From Phaeosaccion multiseriatum (lineage: Eukaryota > Protista > Ochrophyta, other classes), in assembly GCA_965112735.1 (NCBI GenBank), contig OZ218956.1:3224001-3288000 (forward strand): 64,000 nucleotides of DNA, in the 5' to 3' direction. The position numbers and the translations under genes are program-made. Numbering within the stretch: the first letter of the stretch is position 1; each line of letters begins with the position of its first letter. The notes under the pieces were generated by a model. The model was not told where the DNA came from, ran no database searches, and saw only the letters and a program-made list of their open reading frames with translations. This document shows, one piece after another, positions 37,249 to 51,129 of the stretch.

Positions 37249-40200
37249 CTCCCTCCAGGTCGCTGCGGGGACGATTCAAGGCGTGTCCATCGACTTGCAG
37301 GGGGCCATGATCGGCAACGGGTGGACCGACCCCTACAACCAGGTGAGTTTCAGTTTCAGTTTCAGTTTCAGTGTGTTCGACGCACTCCACTCGATCCGCC
37401 GTTTGCTACCGTTTCCATGCCTATGCTCTTCCTCCTTCGCTCCTTTTCTTCGATCGGCTTGTTGCTCATTCATGATCCCGTCTTCCTCTTCACCATCACC
37501 TTCACCTTCCCTTCCCCCTCCCCTCCCCTCTCTAATCCTCTCATTCCCTCCCTCCCTCCTACCCTTGCCTGTTGACTGATGGCTCTGTGACGATGTTGGT
37601 GTGGTGTGGTGCCCACTTACGTAACATGTACGTAACGTACATAGTATGACGTAAGCGAGTTCGCCTTCGGCAATGGCCTCATCGACGTGGCGCAATACCG
37701 AACCCTCAAAGCCAAATCCGCCACCTGCCAGGTTAGTCAGGCAGGGCTTGGTGTCAGTCAGTCAGTCAGTCAGTCAGTCAGTCAGTCAGTCAGTGCTTAG
37801 TCTCAGTCAGTCAGTCCAGTCAGTCAGTCAGTCAGTGCCTGGTGTCATTCAGACAGTCAGTCAGTCATTCAGTCAGTCAGTGCCTTGTGTCATTCAGACA
37901 GACCCGTCTTTACTCTCCCCCTCTTAACCCCCCCAACAATGTCGCGCAGAAACAAGTCCTGGGCGGCAACTACTCGAGCTCCACGTGCTTCGACCTGCTC
38001 AACGATGTTATCAAGGCGACCAAGGCGGCCAATGGACATCGAGTCAGCATGTATGACACCCGCCTGTACGAGCATGACAACAACAGGTAGGGGAGGGACG
38101 GAGGGAGGGGGGTAGGACGAAGGGAGGGGGTGAGTGCGTGCGTGCGTGAGTGAGTGAGTGAGCGTGTCGCTTGGTTCTTGCCGAGACTCGTCATTGAACT
38201 TTCCTGCTCTGCTTACGTGAACCCTATCCGGCCTTGCCCCTGCCCCCCCTTCCCTTCCCTGCTCCTCCTCCTGCTCCTCCTCCTGCTCCTGCTCCTCCTC
38301 CTCTCCTCCTGCTCCTCCTCCTCCTCCTCCTCCTCCTCCTCCTCCTCCTCATGCTCCTCCTCCTCCTCCTGCTCCTCCTCCTCCTCCTCCTCCTCCTCCT
38401 CCTCCTCCTCCTCCTCCTCCTCTTCTTCTTCTTCCTCCTCCTCCTCCTCCTCATTCCCCCCCTACTCCTTCCCTTCTCCCCCCTCCTGCCCCCCTCCTCA
38501 GAGACTTCCCCCCCGGTCACAAGGACCTTGAGGTGTATTTAAGCAAAGCTGAGGTGAAGCGCGCCATACACGCAGACGAAAGCCCCAACAGGTGAAGAGA
38601 AGAGAGAAGGGGAGGGGAGGGGAGGGGAGAGGAGAGAAGGGGAGGGGAGGGGAGGGAGGGGAGGGGAGGGGAGGGTAGGGGGGAGGAGGAGAGGGGAGGG
38701 GAGGGGAAGGGAGAGGAGGGGAGGGGAGAGGAGGGGAGAGGAGGGGAGGAGAGGAGAGAAGGGATGGGAGGGGAGGGGAGGGGAGGGGAGGAGAGGGGGA
38801 AGGAGAGGACGGAAAAGGAGAGGAGGAGAGACGCGAAGCGTCTGTTGATGCTCCTCCCTCCCACCGGGGAGACGCTGTGATTGGTATGCCCGTGTCCTTC
38901 CGCCCTCTCCCCACACTCTTTTCCTCATTTAACGACCCACAAACCCCCTTCGTGTACCTGCCATTCATGTCATGTGTGTCTCACGCACTCACGCACGACT
39001 CACAGTTTCAAAGAGTGTGCCGATCCCCCGTATGAGCACTTGGCCAAGTGGGACGGGCTTGGCGTCATCCCACAGCTCGTGGGGGCGCTCGAGGCGGGTG
39101 AGTAGTAGTCAGTCATTGAGTAGTAAGTCAGGAAGTGAGCAGGTCAGTGAGTAGTACGTCCGTGTGGGAGTGGGTGTACAACTTCTTGCTGCCCGCTCTG
39201 GCATCGATCGTCTCTCACGCACCCACGTGGTTGTGTTGTGTCGTGTCTTGTGGTGTAGTTGGGTTTCGGAACCCATCCCGACCACCATTGATCCATCCAT
39301 CCACCCATCCGTCAACCTCAACCAAGAAACTGAGCAACTAACTCGCTTTCCCTCCCCTCCCCTACCCGAACCTACCCTACTTTGTGTAACACACAACACA
39401 CCCCCAGGGGTGGAGTTCTTATTCTTCAACGGGCAGTACGACATCATCTGCAACCACGTGGGGAATCAGAAGTTCCTTGAGGAGATGGAGTGGAGCGGGG
39501 CGGCGGCCTTCCGCGCTGCAGACAGATATACGTGGTCGGCAGTCAAGACGGACGGGACTGTGGGTACGTGGTGCACATGATATGCTTACGTAGGGTTACA
39601 TAGGTTCCGTGTAGTTAGGTAGGGGAAGGGTTAGTTTTTGTAGGGGTTGGGGTTATAGCTTTATTCCACCCCACTCCACTCGCACTCCACTCCCACTCAC
39701 ACACCACTCCACTCCGCTACACACCGCTCCACTCCACTCCACCCACCCGTAGAGCTCACATTCACACGCCGCTCACTCTGACACTCCACTCCAAAACAGG
39801 TCCAGCGGGCTTCATCCGCACGGCGGACAACGGCCTCTCCTTCCTCCTTTTCCTCGACGCGGGCCACATGGTGCCCATGGATGCCCCCAAGGCGGCGCTG
39901 GAGATGGTCAAGCGTTTCATCGGAGGCATGTCGTTCAAAGACCGCTCTCAGAGGAGTAGCATTGCGCCCTCCGCCCCTGCGCAGTCGTGGTGGGCGTTTG
40001 TGAAGGAGGACGGGGCAGCTGAGTGTGCAGCCTGTCCGCCCCCGTCTCTGCCCCTTACGCCAGAAAGGGGAGGAGGAGGAGGAGGAGAAGGAGGAGGAGG
40101 AGGAGGAGGAGGAGGAGGAGGACCAGCACCAGCAGCAGCAGGAGCAGCAGGAGGAGGAGCAGGAGGAGGACGACCAGAAGCAGCAGCAGAAGGAGGAGCA

Positions 40201-41109
40201 GGGGGAGGAGGAGGGACGGTGGCAGCCCAGCCGCTGACACTGGCGGACTCCTTGCAGAAGGAGCAGGATGAGGGCTCCGGGTCGTCATCATCATCATCTT
40301 GCTCCTTGGCTGAGGGAAGTTGCTCCATCACCCTCACGTGCGCCTTTTCTCTCGGCGCATTCGCGAGCGAAGCCTATGTGGAGGACATTTTGGCTGCAGG
40401 AGTGACTACTGCTTCTAGTCCTCTTCCTGCTCCTCCTCCTACTGTCCTTGGGACGGGGTCCACGGCGGGAGAGGGAGGAGGGGCGAGTGCGAGTACGAGT
40501 GTGCGAGAGGCTAGGCAATTGTCCTTCTCCTACGGTCTACGATCAGACATTGCCACTGCCCTTGGGGCCGCATTGAGCGCGGTTGCGATTGCCCGTGTTA
40601 CCCGGATACCCTACGGGGATGTTGGTTCTTCGTCGTCGTCGTCATCATCGGGGGTGGGCAAACCGGGCAGTGTGGAGGTTCAGCTTTCAATCGCCCCTCC
40701 TCCTTCCTCCTCTTCCCCATCCAAGATGGCGACGGCGGCGGACAGGAGGAGAAATTTGGTGGACCAACTCTCTCAGCAATGGCTTGACGGCTCGTCTGTG
40801 CTGCAGACGGGCATGACCACGCGTCTGCTTGACTTCAGCGAGGGGGGTCGGATTGACAAAGCGGAAGGGTTTAGGGGGCAGGTGCAGCAGTCAAGGACCA
40901 ACCAGAATAGTCACGGGACCATCGCCGTGCCTGGCTGGGTTGTGTTCGCCTTCTGCTTGCTGCTCGCGATGCTGATGGGGGGCTTAGTAGTTCTGCTGCG
41001 CCGCCGGTGGAAGGGAGCAGGGGGAGGAGGCCGACGGAGAGGAGGAGGAGGAGGACGAGGCGGCTACCAGCTGACTGGAAGCAGACCCTTTGAGTTGCCC
41101 TTCGATTGA
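35159..41109 (+). CDS. Serine carboxypeptidase S10, Kex1-like (signal peptide, SEA-like stalk, C-terminal TM), about 10 exons
   Basis: [35 protein letters not shown] (catalytic Ser), [18 protein letters not shown] (Asp), DAGHMVPMD (His). Hydrophobic N-terminus; [23 protein letters not shown]. Confidence 0.92.
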
Positions 41110-42094
41110 TTGGCTGGTCTGTTGGTTGATTCGTTGGTGCCCCTACGAAAGGTTATTTATTCGATTGAATGATTGGGTTCTTTGGTGCTTTGCTTTCCTT
41201 TCACCTCCCTCTCTCCTCCTGGCGGGAACACTCTACGTAAGCACTACTTTAGAGCAATTTTGAGAAAAAAAAATCGCTGAATTGAGAGGAGGGAAGGAAA
41301 GAACTGGGGGATAAATCTCCCTGCGTATCCATGTATGTATCATCCTCGGTCCCATAGTTGCAGCATTATCGCAAATGTTTTTTTATTGGAGACCAAAACG
41401 AGTCGCATGCATGGAAGGCCAAAACTCTTCTCTATACTACGATACAAATCGCGACATTCATCATATAGAGTCAGACTGGGACGACAGGGGTGCAGGGCAC
41501 TGCAGAGTTGAGTGGTGCGCTGTGCAAGTCCCGGACGAAGACAGAGGAAAGAGGACGCATTTCATCATCCAGCCCTTGCCTGGTTGGTCTGGCCCGGAGC
41601 ATTGTACACCGCCCCGCAATTTCAAGCTGCACAATGACTCACTCACTGCCACATCATACAAATGCTCCCTCCTCCTCGTCTTCGTCCTCGTCCTCCTCCT
41701 TCTCGTTGTTGACGCGTTGGCGAGCCGATACCGACCAATGCCGTCCAAGTGACCTCGGAAACCCTCTCTCCTCCGATCCCCCTCCGCGTCTCTACCCCTC
41801 CGACTCTCGCCGGCGGCCGAGCTGTCTGTCCTTCTGCATCGTCCCTTCAGCACCGGCGTCCCACACCACCCCGGAGGTGTGAGCACCGTGTGTGTGTGCG
41901 TTCTCCCCTCCTCTCCCCTCTCCTACCCTACACCCACCTCCCTGCCCTGCCCTCCCCTGCCCTGCCCACCCCCGCCCGTTCCCTTTCGTCGCCTTTGCCC
42001 TCGCCGCTTTCGGTCCTCCTCTCTTCCGCCAGAGAGAACAGACGACAATGGGACACAAGGAGCCTCGGGGCTGGAGAAAAAAAGTGTCCACCCA

Positions 42095-42343
42095 TCACGT
42101 CCGTCCGGCTCTCCTGCGCACCGAGCGACGTCGAGCAGCGAGAGCGGCCTTCTCTTCCTCGTCCTCCGACGAGGAATCTCCGCCAGCGTCAGCAGCAGCA
42201 GCGACAGATGGACCAGTTGGTGTTACAGTGGCAGGACCATCACCACGGGGAGATCGTCGCGTTCCCTTCTGCACCGGTGCTATCTTGGCGGCGGCTCTCC
42301 TTGGGGAAGCAGCAGAAGCCCTACCACTTGTAGTTGCGCCCTT

Positions 42344-42374
<31 letters not shown>

Positions 42375-42902
42375 CCTGTGAGCTTCGCCCTCTTGCCCAC
42401 CCCGTCGAAACGCCCCCCGCCTCTCTTCGCCTTGACCGCATCCAACGCCCCTCCTCCGTTCATGTGCTCACCTCTCCTCTCCTGCTCAGATTGCTGCTGT
42501 CGCTCGCGCCCGCGTTTGCTGCCCCTCAAGTGCCGCAAGCTCTGTTGGTCGTGCAAAGCTTTCTCACTCTGCGGCACAACCTCTCGCACCGCGGCCTTTG
42601 CCTTCCCCTCGCCCCTTTTGCCCGCCAGCTCTGTTCCCTTCCCCTGGCCCGCCTTGTCCACAAGTTGCGGCTGCTGCTTCTGCTTCTGCTGCTGCTGCTG
42701 TATACGCAGCACTCGACCTCCTCTTCGATCAGCGCTTACACTGTTCTCCTTCTCGCTGCTGCCCGGCGTATCAGATACTCCGCTCACACCACCTCGCGGT
42801 GAAGTTGGCGTGCGTAGGCCCAGAGGAGCGGCGGATGTTCCATTCGGCTTCCCCGCCTTCTTCCCCGTTGCCGGCCTCGCTCGCTTCTTGGGCTGTCGCC
42901 GC

Positions 42903-42935
<33 letters not shown>

Positions 42936-44999
42936 GCCGCCTCATCTTCCTCATCTTCGTCCTCCTCCCTCTCCTCCTGCTTGTCGCCCTCTTCCTCTTC
43001 ATCGCCAGACACATTCGAAGACCCCTGCGAGAGCCTAGAGGACCTTCGCCTTTTGCTCCCTGATCCTGGCAAAGGTGAATAAGAGGTTGGAGCCGCCCGG
43101 CCCAAGCGCCCTCCTTCTGACCCGGACTCAGGTGCGGTGGAGCCGCGGCGCGACCTCGAGCTTGCTCCAGCTTTCCTCCCACTTGCAGGTGTGTGCTTTG
43201 CGATGGGCGACACCTCCGCGAAGCCTGGTGGGGAGGAGGGCGCCACCACACCATCCTCCATGTCCTGCATGTCCATGTCTTCACCTTCCTCATCGCCCGC
43301 CTCGTCGCCCCCCAACTGCTCATCGGCTGCTGGTGTGCCCGGGGAGTGCGTTCTTCGCTGCTGCTGCTGCTGCTGCTGCTGGCGCGACGGCAGCTGCTGA
43401 TCCACGGCCTTGAAGAGATCCTTTGGCACGAAAATGGTCCCCGGGTAAGGGGCCAGGCTGTCCTGCCTCGTGATGCTGCGAGTAAGGACATCCGTGGCCA
43501 GTTGTGCCACGAGCTCAATTTTCTCCGTGCCCTCATCCAGGACATCGCAGTACGACCCGCTCCCAATCTTGTCCAGCATCTGCAGCAAGAAAGATACGTT
43601 GTCCATCGCACTCCCACCCCCATGGCCGTGGCACAGGCACTCGAACACAAACCTGAGGTACTTTTGGATGCGCCTCACCCTCCCCTCGTCCTTGTGACTC
43701 ATGGGGAAGTCGGGGTGGTAGGCGAGCAAATGCACCACGTAGGGAAGCACATTCTCCGGCATGAAGGACACCAACGCCCCCTGCTTGTCCTTGCTGCTGC
43801 CACTGCCGCCGCTCGTGCTGTCGCCGTCAACGCTGGTGCTACCACTGGCGCTCCCATCCCCTCCTCCCTCCCCATCCACTGCCGTCTTCTCCTGCCGACT
43901 GAGCGCCTCCGACCGCGCTTCATACGTCATCCTCAGACGCTCCACACGCGCCAAAAAGGCCTTCTTGGCGTACTTCCTTGTGGCCTCTTGCTCCGCCCCC
44001 ACGAGGCTGAGGAAGGCCAAGAAGCGCATGGGCAGTCCCCGGACGACGCCTTGACACACCTCTCTTGTGAATCCCCCCCGGACATCGTTATTCTGGATAA
44101 AGGTGGAGGAGGGAGGGGGGGGGGAGGGGATGAGAAAGTGAGATGAGAAGAAGTCGCGGCGCTGGGGACTCCAACAAAGACACTAAGGTGGAGGATTGCT
44201 CGCTGCATTTGAGCTCCAGCGCGCACGACACCGCCAGCAGCAGCAGCAGGAGCAGCAGCAGCAGTAGCGAGTGTGTAGAACTCATGTACAAATCAGCCGC
44301 ATCCTCCATCATCGACTCGACTCCTCACCTCGTCGAGCAGAGTCCACGCGAGGGAGTGCCAGCGGGTGGGAGGCAGGAACGCCTGAATGTCCTTGCTCCT
44401 GTTGCGCATCAGCTTGAGCACAGCGCTCGCCGCCAGCAGCCTGAGCTGGGCCATGTCGCTCTCCTCCAGGCGGGCCCCATTGGGCGCTTCTCCGCCGCTG
44501 TCCAGGATGCCAAACATAACGTCGAGGACGTTCTTCACTTCCCCGAGAGTGTCGCTCCCCTCGTCGCCCCCGTCTTCATCCTCGTCCTCGTCCTCTCCGC
44601 CTCCTACTTTCCCCCTCCCCGTTGCTGCTGCTGACTGGCACGTCTCCTCAGCAAATGGCAGCAACCAGCTCACCAACAACTCCAGGGCAGCGACAATCAG
44701 CGCCACGCTCTCGCTCGACGCAGCGGCCTTCTGCCTGTTCTTCCCTCCCGCGCTCCCCTTGCCCTTGCCCTTGCTCTTCTTCTTTCCCAACGTAGATGGA
44801 TCATCAGTGTCGTCGTCGCCGTCGCTGCTGATGCTGTCATTGCTTTCGGCATCGTCATCTTCCTCCTTCCCGTCCGATTTCAGCACCTCGTTCATCACGA
44901 AACAGCGAACCTGACACCAAGAAGCCACGCATCGACAGACAGACCCGGCAGGGGGTGGGGGCATGGAATTATTAGCCAGCCCTGCAGAAGCCGAGCGCC

Positions 45000-45039
<40 letters not shown>

Positions 45040-48000
45040 TGCCTCCCGTCTGAAACCAGAGACGAAACCAACTCTTCCACACTCCGAAAATCCCTTCAAT
45101 CCCCACCTTCTTGCATCCCCCCACATACCCCCCATCGCCCAATGCACACCTTCTCGGCCTTTGTCTTGAAAATGTCGGGAAAGTTCCTCGCCACAGCCGC
45201 CAGACCGCCCAAGAGAGGGAGCAGACGCTTGTTCTTGACACTGAGCAGCCGAGCCGCCGTGAGCTGCTGGAGGAGCGCCCCCACCACCTCTTCACGCTCC
45301 TGCTCGTCCGCGTTGCCAAGGACGGCACGGAGGGCGGCCACTGCCCTGCCAGCCTGGGGAGCGTTTCCTTCTCTGACGATGATGTTCTTGAGAGAATCGC
45401 GGAGCTCTTCGGGCACAGGGCCGCTTGACGCCTCTGCTCGGGCCATGAGCTTTGTTAAGAGAGGGAGGCCGTGTGTGTGCGTGCGTGACAGCAGAGAGAA
45501 GAGGAGGAAATAGGGGGCGGGGTCGGTGAGTAGCAAATGAGTACACAAGTCAGGTGGAAGTCGGGTGAGGTCCTCACCTGCAGCACTCTATTCGTGATAT
45601 CATGCGCGTCGTCGTCATCCTGCCGCCCTCCTCCTCCTTCCTCCGCCTGCTCCCGGGCGGCAGTCAAGAGGTCTGCCACTCTCTCTAACGCCCCTCCAAG
45701 ATGCCTAGGGAACACCGCCACCTCCGCCTCCATCAGCCCCAAGGCCTCTACAGCCATGCCGTCGTCGCCAGCGTCCACGGCGGCTTTGCAAATGGCCAAG
45801 GTCCAAGGCATGCTCTCCTTGCCCCCACTCAGCAGTCCTGCATGCCGAATGACAGTGTCTAGGAAGCTGGCTAGTTGCGTCTTGCTGCCCACGCACTTGA
45901 CCACTTCCTCCTTGGCCAGGTAGACTTCCTTTGTGGTGGCGGACTCGTCGCATACCTTACTGAGCATCTTGAACACCTGTGAGTAGAGAGAGAGGGTAAG
46001 AGAGGACAGAGAGAGGAAGACAGAGGGAGTGGGAGAGAGAAGGATTGTCAGAGAGAAGTAGAGAGGAAGAGAAAGAGAGAGGGCAGCAGAGAGAAGACGC
46101 GAGGGTAGGCAAGAGGGCGTTCTGTTTGAGCGCCAGTGCCTGACAGGGTAGGGCCCTCTGTGCTGCCCTGACACATGACACCGAGGGACCCTTTGATTCT
46201 TGCTCCCCTCCCCTCTACTCCCCTCCCCTCTCCTCTCCTCCCGTCCCCTCCCTCCCCTCGCCCCCCCTACCTTCTGGTCTTTGCACTCATTCAGCTTCTT
46301 GAGCAAGAGGTCCTTCTTCTCCCTGGCGGGGGTGGGGCACACCTCAAGCAGCTGAGAGAAGCTCTTCTGTTCTGCCTTGGCTTTGGCGGCGTCATCGGGT
46401 GCATTCTTCCACGCCGCGCGGGCCTCGATAAAACCTCTGAGCTCCACCTGACACCGCTTGCGGTGCTCCAGAATGACCTTCAGCGGAGGCGAAGACGGAG
46501 AGGGGAGGGAGGACGACCGAAGACAGGCAGGCAGGAAGGAAGGGAGCAAGAGAGGGTAGGATTGCAGAGGAGTGAGGTCTCTACAGAGGGAGGATTGGAT
46601 TCGAGTGAGCGTCCCCCCTCGTATGCACCACCTGCTGCCCCCACAGAGCCCGTACGCCTCCAACTACTGCCTTCACAGAACCCTTGCTGTATGCTTCCAG
46701 CTGCCGCCCCGTGTGTCCTCAACTGCCCCCATCCACCACCCACCTTGAGAGCCTGCTTGGCGCCAGCGTCAAGTCCGCTGTACATGTACACGAGGCCAGC
46801 AGCGCGCACACTCTCAGAGGCCTTGCGGGGCAACAGCACGTCGTCTAGCAGCATCAGCACCATGCTCTGTAGGCAGTGTACACACAGACAAGACAGGGGG
46901 GAGAAGGAGGAGGAGGAGGGGGTAGGAGGAGGATGCAGAGTTTACGACGCGATTCAAGACAGTGCAGAGTATTGCATTGCACGAGCAGACATAACGGCAT
47001 ATACACAAGGAGGAATGAGGGACAACAAAGGCTTCACTTTGCATGGCCGACTATCGCCGCCCCGCCTTCCTCCCTTCTTCCCTCTCCCTCCCTCCCTCCC
47101 TCCCTCCCAACCTTCATCTCCGGCTCGTGGTATGAGTAGCACTTGAGCACGAGCTCGGGTACCCATCCCAGCTTGTCCTGAATCTCGTCGCGGGGAGGGC
47201 TCACGGCAAGATCGTCGAGAGTCGCGGTGTTCGACTTCACGTCCAGACAGGACTGGTGTGCGTGTGAGTGAGTTGAGAGAGAGAGGGAGAGAGGGAGGAA
47301 GAATGTAGAGAGAGTGTGTGTGAGTGTGTGTGGATACGTGAGAGGAGAGAGATAAGAAAGAGCAAGCACATGCTTTGAGGACACGAATAAACCGAAGAGA
47401 GCTGGTGGACGGGGTGAGTGCTGAATTCATGAGTGGTGAATGAATGGCCGCCTCTCCCTCGCTGCACATCGCCCTTTGCATGCCCATGTACCTTCAATCC
47501 CCCCCCTCTCTCCTGCCAAGCCGTCCGTTGCGTGTCCTGCTCTATACTACAGTTCATTCAACTACGTCACACTGGATGTCACACTTGATGTCACACTTGG
47601 TGCCACAGATGGCGTGGCATACACCCAACCCACCCACCTGCATGGAGTCCACCCACCCCTTGCTGACGTGCTTGGCGTACACCCTCGCCAGGCCCCGCAT
47701 GGCCGCCCCCCGCACAGGCAACTTGCGGTCTCGGACCCGGCCCCCAATCTCCTGCGGGTACAGTAAGTCAGTAAGGATGCAGTAGGTCGGCAAGTGCTGC
47801 GGTACCGCAGTTGCTTTAACACGAGTGAAATGAGTGCCTCGTGCCCACTCTGGTCGTCTATCCGTCCGCCCCTGCGACGCACCTTGAGGAGCTGGGTGGA
47901 GAAGGGGGAGAGGGTTTCCATGGCCATGTCGCAAAGCTCCTCCACAGCGGTCTTGCGCACGTCCACCGACGCGTCCTGGGATGGGGCGAAGCGGGGATGA

Positions 48001-48777
48001 CAGCAGAAGAGAGGCAAATCAGATCATATTCACAATCACAATCAGGACCAGCCACGGTAGCACAAGTAGTGCGTGAGGGATGGGAAAACACTGCACTGAC
48101 AACAAGAAAGGACTACTGGAGAGGGAGACATCGGTGATGCTCCCTCTTCTCCCTCTTCGTTCTTCTCTTGCCACCCTCCTCACTCACTCACTCACCGACA
48201 GACGCAGGATGAGCTCTGCTTGAAGCTCCCCCCTAAGCGCAGGTTTCCGGGGCAACATGGCCACCCCGATGGTGACCATCTGCTGCCGTATCTCCGCATC
48301 CACATCCTTGAAGCGTCCCACAAACTCCCTCCAATTCCGCGCAAACTGCACCCCGTACTCGGCGTGCGAAGAGATGAAAAGCCTCCCCAGAAGAGCAATA
48401 GCGCGCTTCCGAGTCACTGTGTCCTCCGACTGCAGCTGCTGTGCCACGGTAGGCAGCATATAGAGCAAGAAGTTTGCATCGACCTTGTGTAGCTCGTACA
48501 CGAGTGGGAAGACGCGATCGCTGAGCTCGCTATTGGACTGTTGGCCAGCGAGCTCTCCGTTCACGAAGGTGCTGATCGGCAGACATAGACTGGGGCGGGG
48601 GCCGGGGAGATACGAGGGTGGAGGGTGGGGGTCGGAGTCGGGTAGGGGTGGGGTTATGTGAATGAGGGAGTGAGTGAGTGAGTGAGTGAGTGAGGTGGGT
48701 GCGTGTCGCGTGGGAGAGTGAGTGAGTGTGAGTGGGTGCGTGTGTGTGTGGGTGGGTGCCTAGCTGGTTTCCCTGCC

Positions 48778-48817
<40 letters not shown>

Positions 48818-50383
48818 GTATCTCTCTCCGTCTTTGGCTCCGTCCCCTTCTCCTCACCGATTGAAGTCTCTCGTCAGCAGAGACTTGACGAGCTGGTACG
48901 TCCTGGGGGCCTCTTTCTTGACAAAGAGCCCCTGCAGCAGCGTGTCCAGCAGCCCCTGAGTGAAGTCATCGATCTCGTCAAGGCATGACCCCAGAGCCTC
49001 CACAATAAGATCATGGACCTACGCCAAGAGGAGAGGGGAGAGGGAGAAGGGTTGGCTTGTGCATAAGTAGGGGTAGCTCGCACCCCAAAAGAGGAGCGGG
49101 GACGAGGGACAAGGGTTGGGCTAAAATGCCACTACTCCACTCCACTCCACTCTTCTCTCCTCTCTTATTCCGCCTCTTCTCATCCATAGATTGCATCGGC
49201 CTCAAGTTCATCAACGAGACTCACTCATCACTCACCTCCTGCGAGTGCTCTGGGCGAATGCCGTTGAGGAGGGTGGAGAAGAAAGCCTCCAGGTCCTCAT
49301 CCGCCCCTTCCACGCCCTGCTTGTTGTTGCAAAGAGTTGCCGACGTAAGATGTCGATGTCATACATCAATGGCATGGAAAGAGGTTAAATCGACGTTAGC
49401 CACCCCCCCTCCCATCCACTGCCATCTCCCCCACTCTTACCTGCCGCGCGAGCTCGACAAGTATGATACAGCTCTTGACCTTGGCGAGGCTGCGCAGGAT
49501 GTACAGGATGCGCGCAGTGCGGGCAGAGGCCCCAGAGGGCTGTAGCGCCGAGCTCAGCCCCCCTGTGGGATACCCACACACACCCACACACACGCGCATT
49601 GACAGGGACAGAATACAAAACAATCCAACAGGGTGAGGGTCTCTGTCGTTTCCTCCACGTACATTGCGCCGAGGCGTGGTCAAAAGGCCTCTCGCCTACG
49701 TCTCGTTGGCCTTCCTCCTTTCTCCCTCCCTCCCTCCCTCCCTCCCTTCCCCCTGCCCCCTTCCATCCATCCATGCCTTCCTTCCTCCCTCCCATCCTCC
49801 CTTCCCTCTCCCTAACACTTACCAAGCTGCGTGAGCAAAAGCCCGAAAATCTGCCTGAGCTGATCTTGCTCATACGGGGCATCAGGCGCGTAAATGCGCA
49901 GCACGTCGCAGAGGCAGCACGCGGCCAGCAAGCGCACATCCCTGTCCTTGTGCTGCATCACCGCACTGCTTGCAAGGTCGCGGGCAGTGTTGGAGAGGCC
50001 CTGGGGGCGCTCCTCTTGCTTCACTGAGGGGGGCAGGGGAAGGGGAGGGGGAAATAACGCGATCAACTCTTTCCCTGTCCCTCTCTCTCTATTTCTCCCC
50101 CTCTTCCATCTCTCTCCGCCTCGCTCTCCGTCTCTATCCCCTCCTCGCTCTCCATCTCCCTCTCTTCCCCGCCCTCTCTCTCTCTCCCTCTTTCTCACGT
50201 ACCGTCCTGCAGCTCGTCGTTAATCTGCTGCATCCTGCGCACCAGTGCCGCCTTTCCTCCCTCCGCCGTCATGAGAGAGAGCCGCTTTTTATTTGCCCCC
50301 GTCCCGCTGCTGCTAGCCTGGGAGGAGGAGCCATGGCTTCGGCTTCCACCTTGGCTGTCCTTTGTCTTCCTCTCCCGCGCCAT
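42095..50383 (-). CDS. PDS5: Sister chromatid cohesion protein PDS5 (HEAT repeats), many exons
   Basis: HKDRDVRLLAACCLCDVLRIYAPDAPY; LVYELHKV..LLYMLPTV; FVGRFKDVDAEIR; KLGWVPELVL; MPENVLPYVVHLLAYHPDF; disordered basic C-terminal tail. Confidence 0.93.
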
Positions 50384-51129
50384 TTCCCTCCGTGGCTTGC
50401 TTCCCCTAGGGCTGATGGTGGAACGGGGGGAAGAGAGAGGGGGGGGCGAAGGGGGGAAGAGTAAGTGGTGCGAAAAGGGGTCATATGAAAGTACCACGGC
50501 ATGCCATGGAACGCGCGAAAAGCACCAGCATGCACATAGGAAGGGAGGGGTAGCAGGCGGGAAGGGTAGCAGTGCTGCGGACTCGATGCCGTGTGGGGGG
50601 AACAATTCCTTTGCCAGTTTGGATAGTGAGAGAGCGCCTCCGAGCATAGCCACGAGCGCCGCCATTCTAGATAGAGGAGTATGACGCCACTCCAGTACAG
50701 GTGGTGGTCACGGAGTGTCCGAATCTAGCACACAGGCGAGACCAACGCCTCAATGCCGAGCCTCCACGTTTGAAATACCTTCAAGGAGGAGAGCCTTCGT
50801 ATCGGCACCTCTCTGACATCCCGATTGCTTTCGCTCTACGATCTCACTCACCGGTACTACAGCTCCCGAACCCAGCCCTCCGTTTGTACACGTAGCCCGC
50901 TCTCTAGGCTCCCATACCTTAGTGGGAGGGACTAAGGGGGGAAGGGGAGGGGAAACTGAAACTCACGGATTTGCAAATCCTCGATACTCGACATTACTCG
51001 ACATTCCTCACTGCATGCCGGAGAAGCCTACGCAAGGTATGGCACAGTAGTATGAAGGAGGGAAAGCAGGAGGGGATGGAAAGAGGACAGGGGAGATGTG
51101 ACTAAGATCCAGCTGGAATCGGAGTCAAG

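Noticed and set aside
39588-39660. TAGGG/TTAGG-like interstitial telomere
   Set aside because: Degenerate, not a tandem array; it is the G-rich 5' end of an intron.
41749-44146. Long antisense ORFs over PDS5 (and similar ones over other genes)
   Set aside because: Expected in GC-rich, triplet-repeat coding DNA; no recognisable domains.
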